A stretch of DNA of 64,000 nt from Chloroflexota bacterium (GTDB taxonomy: Bacteria; Chloroflexota; Anaerolineae; Aggregatilineales; Phototrophicaceae). The position numbers and the translations under genes are program-made. The notes beneath the pieces were generated by a model. It saw only the letters and a program-made list of their open reading frames with translations, searched no databases and had not been told where the DNA came from. The stretch is from positions 11,964 to 75,963 of the forward strand of contig RFIA01000194.1 of the NCBI GenBank assembly GCA_003695675.1, in the 5' to 3' direction. This document shows, one piece after another, positions 56,138-64,000 of the stretch (position 1 is its first letter; the number at the start of each line of letters is the position of its first letter).

Positions 56138-57895
56138 TCATGTCATTGTGTACAGTTTGTGATAAACTCCCTTGCGCTTAAGCAATTCTTCATGTGTGCC
56201 GCATTCGATAATTTCGCCATGATCCATCACAACTATCATATCGGCAGCGGTAATCGTGCTCAGGCGATGGGCAATCACGAAACTCGTCCGTCCTTTGAGC
56301 AATTTGCTGAGCGCAGCCTGGATAATTTTTTCGGTCTGTGTGTCGATGTTACTCGTAGCCTCATCAAGTATGAGGATACGCGGGTCCGCGAGCAGAGCGC
56401 GTGCAAATGCGAGTAACTGCCGTTGACCTGCGGATAGCAGTGTGCCACCTTCACGAATCTCGGTGTGATAACCATCTTCAAGCCGCATGATAAAGTCATG
56501 TGCGCCGACCGCTTTGGCGGCATCAATAACTTCTTCGTCTGTGGCGTTCAGTCTGCCGTAGCGGATATTGTCCATCACCGTACCTGCGAACAGATGTGTT
56601 TCTTGCAGTACGACGCCCATTTGACTACGCAAGCTGATTTGTGTGACTTTGTTGACATCGTAATTATCAATCGTCAATTTGCCAGATTTCACATCGTAAA
56701 AGCGCATGATGAGCTTAACCATCGTGGTTTTGCCCGCTCCGGTATGTCCAACGAAAGCGACTGTGTATCCTGCGGGAACATCAAGATTGATATTTTTGAG
56801 CACCGGCTCGCCATCTTTGTAGGAAAAGTTGACACCCTCAAAGCGGACATGGCCTTCGATAACAGGCAATGAAATGGCATCCGGTGCATCTTCAATGTCG
56901 TATTTTCTGTCCATCAAGTCAAAAATTTTTTCGCCCGATGCCATCACGGCTTGGAAGAGATTATACCGTTGCGCCAGCATACGAATTGGGAAGAAGAATT
57001 GATCGATATAGAGCACAAACGTCACAAGTGTAAAAACAGACAAATCTTGCCGTAAAACAAGCGTGCCGCCGATAGAGATCAAGGCGCCGGTTGCCACACC
57101 ACCCACCAGTTCAATGCTTGGGAAGAACAACCCAGCGACCAGTGCCGCTTGAAGATTGCTATCTTTCACACGTTGATTGAATGTACTTGCGAAGCGATTA
57201 TAATTATATTCTTGTCGGTCGAATGCTTGTGTTACCCGAACAGCGTTGAAGGCTTCTGACAATTCTGCGTTGACTCGCGCATTGGCTTCTGTCACTTGAA
57301 TATAGGCTTTGCGAGCATGAATACGCCATGTGTTGGCGATGACCCCAAGTAGCAATAACGCGCCAAGTGCAACAAGTGTCAGTGGCACGTTGATGACGAG
57401 CATCGAAATCACAATGCCACCGAGAACAAGACTTTCTCGTAAGCTACCGACCACTGCAAATGTGATGGCTTCTCGCAGGACATTCACATCATTGATGACG
57501 CGGGAGATGATGCGTCCGGTTTCGTAGCTTGTATAAAACGAGACCGACAAATATTGCAGATGCACGAATAGTTCGTCGCGCATGGCTTGAATGATGCGTT
57601 GGCCGGCTGTTGCCATATTGTTCAGTTGAATACGGAAACCGAATAATCCAAGCCCTTGCATGATGAGATAAGCGCCGACTCCTACCCCAATTGTTGATGG
57701 GTCGTTTTTACGAATACCTTCTTCAATCGCGAAACCAATGAGTGGCGGCCCGGCGATATTCCCACCAGCGCTAAGAAACATGCCAACAAGCGCGACGATA
57801 AGATTGCGGCGGTGTGGCCGCATATATCCCGCAAGGCGTTTTGTAACATGCCAATCAAAACCTTTGGCAATTTCTTCATCTTCATAGATTGCCAT
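56138..57895 (-). CDS. ABC exporter, fused permease/ATPase (MsbA/MDR-like half transporter)
   Basis: 585 aa. A six-TM exporter domain is followed by an NBD (GHTGAGKTT, LSAGQRQLL, ILILDEATS). Confidence 0.9.
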   Translation of the reverse strand: MAIYEDEEIAKGFDWHVTKRLAGYMRPHRRNLIVALVGMFLSAGGNIAGPPLIGFAIEEGIRKNDPSTIGVGVGAYLIMQGLGLFGFRIQLNNMATAGQRIIQAMRDELFVHLQYLSVSFYTSYETGRIISRVINDVNVLREAITFAVVGSLRESLVLGGIVISMLVINVPLTLVALGALLLLGVIANTWRIHARKAYIQVTEANARVNAELSEAFNAVRVTQAFDRQEYNYNRFASTFNQRVKDSNLQAALVAGLFFPSIELVGGVATGALISIGGTLVLRQDLSVFTLVTFVLYIDQFFFPIRMLAQRYNLFQAVMASGEKIFDLMDRKYDIEDAPDAISLPVIEGHVRFEGVNFSYKDGEPVLKNINLDVPAGYTVAFVGHTGAGKTTMVKLIMRFYDVKSGKLTIDNYDVNKVTQISLRSQMGVVLQETHLFAGTVMDNIRYGRLNATDEEVIDAAKAVGAHDFIMRLEDGYHTEIREGGTLLSAGQRQLLAFARALLADPRILILDEATSNIDTQTEKIIQAALSKLLKGRTSFVIAHRLSTITAADMIVVMDHGEIIECGTHEELLKRKGVYHKLYTMT

Positions 57896-57939
57896 GTGGT
57901 CAACCTTTTATATCGATTGATGAGTGATTTGATAGTCTT

Positions 57940-59793
57940 TCAATCCCCGCTTGCGAGGCGGTCTGCGATGGCTTGCAACTCCTGTGTGGCAAGTCTGTCA
58001 TTTGTTTGTGTATGTTTAAGTTCACCAGCGATGCTCGCCTCTCGGCGAAGGCGTTCTTGTTCCGCCAATTGCAAATCATAGATTACTTTGTATGCACCGT
58101 TCAATGCGAGTAGTTCATGATGTGTGCCTCGCTCGACAATCCGGCCTGAGTCGAGCACAAGAATTTGATCTGCATTGAGCACCGTGCTGAGCCGTTGCGC
58201 AATCACGAACGAGGTGCGTCCTTCCATCAGTTTGTCGAGCGCGCGTTGTATCAAATACTCGGTTTGTGTATCGACGCTGCTTGTTGCGTCATCGAGTATC
58301 AGAATGCGTGGCGCGATAAGCAGAGCACGTGCAATTGCAATTCGTTGACGCTGACCGCCGGAAAGCGTGACACCACGCTCACCAACGAGTGTGTCATATC
58401 CCTCAGGAAATTCCATAATAAAGTCGTGCGCATTGGCTGCGGTTGCGGCAGCGATAACTTGCTCACGAGACGCATCCGGTTTTCCATACGCAATATTGTC
58501 ATGAATAGTCGCCGAGAACAGCAGCGAATTTTGCAACACGATTCCAATTTGGCTGCGCAGGCTATGCAAGTCGACATCGCGCACATCAATATCGTCAATT
58601 GTCACCCGACCACCCGTAACATCATAAAATCGCGGAATCAGGTTGACAACCGATGTTTTGCCAGAACCCGTCGCGCCGAGTAGTGCAATAACTTGGCCGG
58701 GTTGCGCATCAATATTGATTTCATGCAATACCGACCTGTTTTCACCATCGTAGGCAAAGTTGACATTTTCAAAGCGCACATGACCTTTGATAGGCGGCAT
58801 AGGCGGCGTGCCGGGTTTGTTGACTAGTGGGTCGGGAGTGTCAAGCACTTCAAAGACACGCTCGCTGCTAGAAATTGCTTGTGTAGTGAGCAAAATCACA
58901 AAACCGAGAAAGCGCATCGGCTGTGCGAGCAAGAGTACATAAGCATTGAACGAGACGACAAGACCAACTGTCACATTGCCGATGTTGTTGCGTTCCATCA
59001 AGCCACCGAAAAATAAAACGAGGGCTGTTGATGTCGCCACAATGAAGGCGCTTGTCGGCAGATACGAAGCCCATTGCTTGATGAAACCAAGTTGTTCATG
59101 ATAAAGTTTTTCGTTTTGTGTACCGAAGCGTTCAATCTCAAATTCTTCGCGTGCGAATACACGAACGACTTCTGCACCAAGTGCATTTTCTTGCAGATGG
59201 TTGCTCAATGTTTGTGTTTCTTCCATGATGATTTTCCAACGCGGCGCAATATTCATGATGAAGGCACGCGAGAAGAAACCAAGCGGAATCATGGGGAGGA
59301 GTGCAATCACAGCGAGCAACGGACTGTTAATCAACATGATGATGGCAACACTAACAAACAGGAATAATGTATTCAGCCCATCAAGCAAACCAAAGGCAAA
59401 ATAACGCTGAATTTCAGCAACATCGCTGATAGCACGGGTGATGAGTGTGCCAACCTCTGCATTGTCATGATACGAAAATGGCAATGTTTGCACCCTGTTG
59501 TAATAAGCATTGCGAATGTCATAAGCGATTTCGTGTGACAGGCGCTCACCAAAATAACGCGACATAAAGCCGACGATTCCGCGCAACAAACCGAGTCCGA
59601 CAACGAGCAAACCAGCAGCTATCATGAAATGGCTGTCATTTCGCTCAATACCTCTATCAATGACATCGCGCAGGATAATCGGAATAGCGACCATCAAAAT
59701 GTTGCCGCCCACAAGCCCAACGAATGCGATGATTGCCATCCGGCGATAGGGACGGAGATAACCCATCATCCGTTTCCATAATGTGAAGTTCAA
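57940..59793 (-). CDS. ABC exporter, fused permease/ATPase (partner half transporter)
   Basis: 617 aa with GATGSGKTS, LSGGQRQRI and ILILDDATS. TTG start at 59793; an ATG lies 8 codons in. Confidence 0.9.
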   Translation of the reverse strand: MNFTLWKRMMGYLRPYRRMAIIAFVGLVGGNILMVAIPIILRDVIDRGIERNDSHFMIAAGLLVVGLGLLRGIVGFMSRYFGERLSHEIAYDIRNAYYNRVQTLPFSYHDNAEVGTLITRAISDVAEIQRYFAFGLLDGLNTLFLFVSVAIIMLINSPLLAVIALLPMIPLGFFSRAFIMNIAPRWKIIMEETQTLSNHLQENALGAEVVRVFAREEFEIERFGTQNEKLYHEQLGFIKQWASYLPTSAFIVATSTALVLFFGGLMERNNIGNVTVGLVVSFNAYVLLLAQPMRFLGFVILLTTQAISSSERVFEVLDTPDPLVNKPGTPPMPPIKGHVRFENVNFAYDGENRSVLHEINIDAQPGQVIALLGATGSGKTSVVNLIPRFYDVTGGRVTIDDIDVRDVDLHSLRSQIGIVLQNSLLFSATIHDNIAYGKPDASREQVIAAATAANAHDFIMEFPEGYDTLVGERGVTLSGGQRQRIAIARALLIAPRILILDDATSSVDTQTEYLIQRALDKLMEGRTSFVIAQRLSTVLNADQILVLDSGRIVERGTHHELLALNGAYKVIYDLQLAEQERLRREASIAGELKHTQTNDRLATQELQAIADRLASGD

Positions 59794-60022
59794 CTGTGTT
59801 CTCCCAGAATTTTGTATTTTGTGGTATTTGCAATCTTTGGAGAATTGTTGGTGATAATACGCCTAGCTGGTATATCATTCTATGGTAGCAAATAGCAGCC
59901 TGCTCGCCAATAATCCAATTTTGGAACGAATAGATGTTTCATAACTGTGAGATTTATTACGTTGCCGTCCACACGCTGTGGCGGCGAAAGCGGCAAGCGT
60001 TGGTGCGATGGCAAGCCGTAAT

Positions 60023-61870
60023 CTAACCTTGGATGGGTTGTTTGCGGCGTTTCTCTTCACGCATTCGACGATGTGTATCGAGGATGCGTTTCCGCAAGCG
60101 CAGGCTTTCAGGTGTGACTTCAAGCAATTCGTCATCTGCCAAGAATTCGATACAGTCGTCAAGACTCATAATTCGCGGAGGCGTTAAACCATCGACGGTT
60201 TCGGAAGGTTTGGCACGATGATTGGTCAGATGTTTCGTCTTCGTGACATTGATGCCTAAATCACCGGGACGAATATGCTCACCAACAACCATGCCTTCAT
60301 AAACCTCTGCACCTGGCCCAATGAAAAATTTTCCACGCTGCTGCGCGTTGAGTAGCGCATAAGAGGTCGCCGTACCGCGCTCCATTGCGACAAGACTACC
60401 GAAACGTCGTCCCGGCACCTCTCCAACAAGGGGTTGATAGCCATGAAAAATACTGTACATTTGACCAAGACCACTTGTAGAACGCATAAAGTTTGACCGA
60501 AAACCCAGTAAGCCTCGTGTCGGCGCGAGGTAACGCATGTACGTCGTCCCCTGTTCGGTACGCATGTCGATCATTTGGCCGCGTCGCATACCGAGCAATT
60601 CGACAATTGTCCCAGCCAGATCATCGGCAATTTCGATATGCACCTCTTCAACGGGTTCAAGCACTTTGCCCGTATCCGGGTCTTCGCGATAGATCACTTC
60701 TGGCTTGCTCACCTCGAATTCATATCCTTCACGACGCATCGTCTCGATCAAAATAGCGAGATGTAATTCACCACGACCGCTGACACTAAACTTCTCTGCC
60801 GATTGCGTATCCTCAACGCGCAACGCAACATTACTGCGCGTTTCCTCGAGCAAACGCTGCCGTAATCGGCGCGATGTCCCCCACCCCGTTTTGCCTTCCT
60901 GCCCCGCAAAGGGCGACGTATTGACGCCGAATGTCATCCGCACAGTCGGTTCTTCGACTTTAATTGCGGGCAATGCTTCAGTAACAGCAGGATGAGCAAT
61001 CGTATCGCTGATATTGATCTCGCCTAGTCCACCGAAAGCAATAATATCTCCCGCAGAAACGCTCTCTTGCTCCTGCTTATCAAGATTGTGAAACGTAAAT
61101 AGATATTCCAATTTACCCACTTCTCGCTCACCGCTTGGCATCAAACGCGCCACTGTCATACCACGACGCAATTCGCCGGAGAGCAATCGTCCAATCCCGA
61201 TTTGGCCTTTGTAATTGTCATATTCGAGTGTGGTGACAAGCAACTTCGGCAGTTCATTTTCAGAGACGGTTGGCGGTGGCGCTTGTTTAAGAATAACCTC
61301 GAAGAGTGGCGTCAAATCGGCTTGCAAAGCATCTGCCTCATATCCAGCACGTCCTTGCAAGCCGACAGCGTATACAAGCGGAAAGTCCGCTTGTTCATCA
61401 CTCGCGCCGAGTTCAATGAACAAATCAAATGTCTCATTGAGCACATCTTCCACCCGAGCGCTTGGGCGATCAACTTTGTTAATCACGACGATAATGCGCA
61501 ATCCCAATTCGAGCGCCTTGCGCAAAACAAATCGTGTCTGCGGCATTGGCCCCTCAACAGCATCGACAAGTAAAAGCGCGGCATCAACCATATTGAGCAC
61601 CCGCTCAACTTCCCCGCCAAAATCGGCATGACCGGGCGTATCGACGATATTGATTTTGACGCCATTCCACGTCACTGCCGTGTTCTTGGCAAGGATCGTG
61701 ATCCCACGCTCGCGCTCTAGGGCATTCGAGTCGAGTACACGCTCAACCACCTGTGAGCCTTCGCGGAAAACTTTCGCTTGCTTCAGCATCCCATCAACAA
61801 GGGTCGTTTTACCGTGATCGACATGCGCAATAATGGCGATGTTACGAATATCGTCTCGTGTTGTTGTCAC
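60023..61870 (-). CDS. typA: Translational GTPase TypA/BipA
   Basis: 615 aa with [23 protein letters not shown] and NKVD. EF-G-like domain order. Confidence 0.95.
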   Translation of the reverse strand: MTTTRDDIRNIAIIAHVDHGKTTLVDGMLKQAKVFREGSQVVERVLDSNALERERGITILAKNTAVTWNGVKINIVDTPGHADFGGEVERVLNMVDAALLLVDAVEGPMPQTRFVLRKALELGLRIIVVINKVDRPSARVEDVLNETFDLFIELGASDEQADFPLVYAVGLQGRAGYEADALQADLTPLFEVILKQAPPPTVSENELPKLLVTTLEYDNYKGQIGIGRLLSGELRRGMTVARLMPSGEREVGKLEYLFTFHNLDKQEQESVSAGDIIAFGGLGEINISDTIAHPAVTEALPAIKVEEPTVRMTFGVNTSPFAGQEGKTGWGTSRRLRQRLLEETRSNVALRVEDTQSAEKFSVSGRGELHLAILIETMRREGYEFEVSKPEVIYREDPDTGKVLEPVEEVHIEIADDLAGTIVELLGMRRGQMIDMRTEQGTTYMRYLAPTRGLLGFRSNFMRSTSGLGQMYSIFHGYQPLVGEVPGRRFGSLVAMERGTATSYALLNAQQRGKFFIGPGAEVYEGMVVGEHIRPGDLGINVTKTKHLTNHRAKPSETVDGLTPPRIMSLDDCIEFLADDELLEVTPESLRLRKRILDTHRRMREEKRRKQPIQG

Positions 61871-61952
61871 GTAAAATTTCCTATCCCTAATGGTCTGCTT
61901 CTATGACCTATAAAACCGGCGTATTGTATAGCAAAGTATCGAGTAATCCTAT

Positions 61953-61967
61953 AGACCATATTGGTCT
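61953..61967. promoter_or_regulatory. Perfect 15-bp palindrome upstream of the MFS transporter gene
   Basis: AGACCA-TAT-TGGTCT, 35 nt upstream of the ATG at 62002, in the typA/MFS divergent region. Confidence 0.4.
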
Positions 61968-62001
61968 TATCATAAAATTGAAACGGGACTATGATGAGAA
62001 A

Positions 62002-63294
62002 ATGCTTACATCACACAAGATACAAAACAGCCGGATCGTTTCACAATCGCCCATCTTTTATGGGTGGGTGATTTGGGTTGTCGCGACACTTGGTTTGATT
62101 GCCACTGCGCCCGGACAAACCTTCACTGTCTCATGGTTCTTCGACCGCTTCATCGAAGATTTCGAGCTGTCGCGAACAAGTATTTCAACATTATATGGCA
62201 TTGGCACATTCGTTGGAGCACTCAGCTTAACATGGGTTGGACGACAAGTTGACCGGTATGGCACCCGGTATTCGGTGATGGTTGTCGGTGGACTGTTTAC
62301 ATTAACCCTCTTCGCGATGTCATCAGTTGTCAATCCTGTGATGCTGCTATTTGGCTTCATCGCGCTACGTGGACTCGGGCAAGGGTCGCTCACACTCATC
62401 AGCACCAATGTTGTCGGTTTGTGGTTCCAAGAACGACGCGGTCGAATGATGAGTTTGATGCTTGTTGGTATTGCCCTCTTCCAACGCATCTATGTGCCAT
62501 GGTTGCAACAAACGCTTGAAAAGAACGATTGGCGCGAAGTTTGGATTATGCTTGGCATTGTCATTGGCATCACGTTACTACCCGCAATGTGGATTTTTAT
62601 GCGCGATGCGCCTGAGCAATTTGGTCTACATCCCGATGGGCGTCAAACAAAGATTAAGAATGTCAACACACAGGATGAACATGAAGACGACTGGACGCTT
62701 GCCGAAGCACGGCGCACCTCTATCTTCTGGATATTTGTCGCCGGACGCTTCATCCCACCCGCATGGGGAACGGGCATGATACTGCATCAGATTTCGATCT
62801 TCGCTGGACAAGGGCATAGCGAGCGAGTTGCAGCACAAACATTCGGCACTATCGCGCTTATTGCCGCCGGGGCCTATATTCTCACGGGCGCTATGGTTGA
62901 CCGCTTTCATCCCGGTCGGATTATGGCATTGCAACTGACAGCGTTAAGCATTGCGATGTTTGTTGCCATGAACATGTCCTCAAGCGCGGCACTGAGGATA
63001 TACGCTATTGCTTTCGGATTCATGATGGGGACAGGTGGCGTTTTCGATGGCGCAGTTTGGACGAACTTATTCGGGCGCAAACACATCGGCGAAATACGTG
63101 GCTTTGTCTCGACCGGAGTCATCATCGGGTCAGCTGTCGGCCCCGTCATATTTGCCGTGAGCTTCGATCATCTCGGCGGATATGCCCCAATATTCTGGCT
63201 AGGTATTGTGCTCTCAGCAATTCCGCTGATACTCACATTTTTTGCGAGGCTCCCCCAACGGCGATCCATTGAGCGAATAAAAACCCTGCCGTAA
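62002..63294 (+). CDS. MFS transporter
   Basis: The ATG at 62002 is the likely start; the ORF track begins at 61903 and would cover the operator-like palindrome. 12-TM pattern with the GRQVDRYGTR loop motif. Confidence 0.85.
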   Translation: MLTSHKIQNSRIVSQSPIFYGWVIWVVATLGLIATAPGQTFTVSWFFDRFIEDFELSRTSISTLYGIGTFVGALSLTWVGRQVDRYGTRYSVMVVGGLFTLTLFAMSSVVNPVMLLFGFIALRGLGQGSLTLISTNVVGLWFQERRGRMMSLMLVGIALFQRIYVPWLQQTLEKNDWREVWIMLGIVIGITLLPAMWIFMRDAPEQFGLHPDGRQTKIKNVNTQDEHEDDWTLAEARRTSIFWIFVAGRFIPPAWGTGMILHQISIFAGQGHSERVAAQTFGTIALIAAGAYILTGAMVDRFHPGRIMALQLTALSIAMFVAMNMSSSAALRIYAIAFGFMMGTGGVFDGAVWTNLFGRKHIGEIRGFVSTGVIIGSAVGPVIFAVSFDHLGGYAPIFWLGIVLSAIPLILTFFARLPQRRSIERIKTLP

Positions 63295-63313
63295 CACACC
63301 TTATATGAGGGGA

Positions 63314-63343
63314 TTTGGGATATTATTGGGATAAATTGGGATA
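63314..63343 (+). repeat. Three direct repeats of TTGGGATA at 11- and 10-bp spacing upstream of the KdgK-like gene
   Basis: TTTGGGATAT TATTGGGATA AATTGGGATA. Copies lie at 63315-63322, 63326-63333 and 63336-63343, giving helical-turn phasing. Confidence 0.6.
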
Positions 63344-63432
63344 AAATTTGATTCTTGTAACCATATTGGCCTACTCAAGCAACCCAAGTACAATGACCAC
63401 AGTACATTTGATCTGCAACGAGGTATTTTGCC

Positions 63433-64000
63433 ATGTCGATTGATCTCATCACGCTCGGCGAAATTATGCTACGCTATGCGGCTGCGGGCGGCGAAGTTTT
63501 AGAGCAAGCGACGCGCTTTGATGTGCGGCCTGCGGGCGCGGAATCAAATGTCGTGATCTGTGGAAAACGCATTGGCCTGAATACCGGATATATTTCGCGC
63601 CTACCCAATCATGCGCTTGGTCGTATGGCAGAGCACGCCATTAGCATTCATGGCGTCGATACATCACGCATCATCTGGGCGGACGCCAGCGAACGAGTTG
63701 GCACATATTATATTGATCTCGGTGTGCCGCCCCGACCACCGAATGTCATCTATGACCGTGCAGGCTCAGCCGTGACAAGATTGACCGTTGACATGGTCGA
63801 TTGGGATTATGTGGCACAAGCTCGCATTTTTCACGCAACCGGAATCACTCTCGCACTGAGTGATAGCTTGCGCGATGTTATCCGACGTGGTTTGACTATC
63901 GCCAGAGAAGCTGGCAATACCACATCTTTCGATACCAACTATCGTGCGAAGTTGTGGTCACCGGATGAGGCATACAAAACGATTGCTCCTTTACTTCCGC
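63433..64000 (+). CDS. PfkB-family sugar kinase, 2-dehydro-3-deoxygluconokinase-like; 3' end outside the window
   Basis: Not in the ORF track. My translation from the ATG at 63433 gives MSIDLITLGEIMLRYAAAGGEVLEQATRFDVRPAGAESNV...FDTNYRAKLW, open to the window end. RBS GAGGT. Confidence 0.8.
   Translation, partial: MSIDLITLGEIMLRYAAAGGEVLEQATRFDVRPAGAESNVVICGKRIGLNTGYISRLPNHALGRMAEHAISIHGVDTSRIIWADASERVGTYYIDLGVPPRPPNVIYDRAGSAVTRLTVDMVDWDYVAQARIFHATGITLALSDSLRDVIRRGLTIAREAGNTTSFDTNYRAKLWSPDEAYKTIAPLLP

Noticed and set aside
59875-60162. 95-aa minus-strand ORF spanning the typA 3' end and the downstream spacer
   Set aside because: It overlaps the well-supported typA gene in another frame. It has no RBS and a low-complexity translation. 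The spacer more likely holds the typA 3' hairpin (59964-59985, imperfect) and the ABC exporter promoter.
1-64000. CRISPR arrays, transposases or integrases, prophage genes, toxin-antitoxin pairs, tRNA or rRNA genes
   Set aside because: I saw no spacer-repeat periodicity, no recombinase or transposase-like ORF, no small paired ORFs of TA type, and no intergenic region long or structured enough for a tRNA or rRNA. The longest non-coding gaps are about 250-310 nt.

Overview
The window is 64 kb of compact chromosomal DNA. I call about 56 protein-coding genes. I saw no rRNA, tRNA, CRISPR array, transposase, integrase or phage gene. All calls rest on motif and architecture recognition by eye; no search was run.

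Gene content suggests a Chloroflexota-like organism, which is inference only: RhaEW-type rhamnose catabolism, a deazaflavin (DDN-type) reductase, a form II cox cluster and tandem MoeA genes with a PBP fusion.

Layout:
- 1-2862: cell-envelope polysaccharide export and synthesis (Wzt, extended Wzm, TagA-like).
- 2837-8916: L-rhamnose catabolism (rhaB, rhaEW, rhaI, Fe-ADH).
- 9047-10654: class II aldolase plus FruK/LacC-type kinase.
- 10656-14269: SDR, glutamine-synthetase-like ligase and aldehyde dehydrogenase.
- 14411-18246: HAD phosphatase and a GlcNAc module (ROK kinase, SIS deaminase, nagA).
- 18379-20804: MBL hydrolase and two tandem permease-less ABC ATPases.
- 21058-24367: AT-richer envelope locus (small secreted protein, O-antigen-ligase-like protein, polyprenyl glycosylphosphotransferase).
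- 24379-28011: peptide ABC importer without ATPases.
- 28200-32096: coupled M24 peptidase, RidA, LLM, small Cys protein and LLM operon.
- 32102-41793: one long minus-strand run with two MoeA genes, a DDN-type reductase, fdhD, a split NAD-type formate dehydrogenase and mobA.
- 42003-51524: form II cox-like molybdenum hydroxylase cluster with an embedded nitrilase.
- 51531-55823: pfkA, DUF1501, DUF1800 and a membrane protein.
- 56138-59793: heterodimeric ABC exporter.
- 60023 to the window end: typA, an MFS transporter and a partial KdgK-like kinase.

Nothing here looks like a defence or mobile system. The best candidates for undescribed biology are:
- the LLM, small Cys protein, LLM operon;
- the Tat-exported DUF1800/DUF1501 module;
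- the re-partitioned formate dehydrogenase;
- the nitrilase inside the cox-like cluster;
- the orphan tandem ABC ATPases;
- a shared cre/LacI-type operator that links rhamnose genes to a second aldolase/kinase operon.
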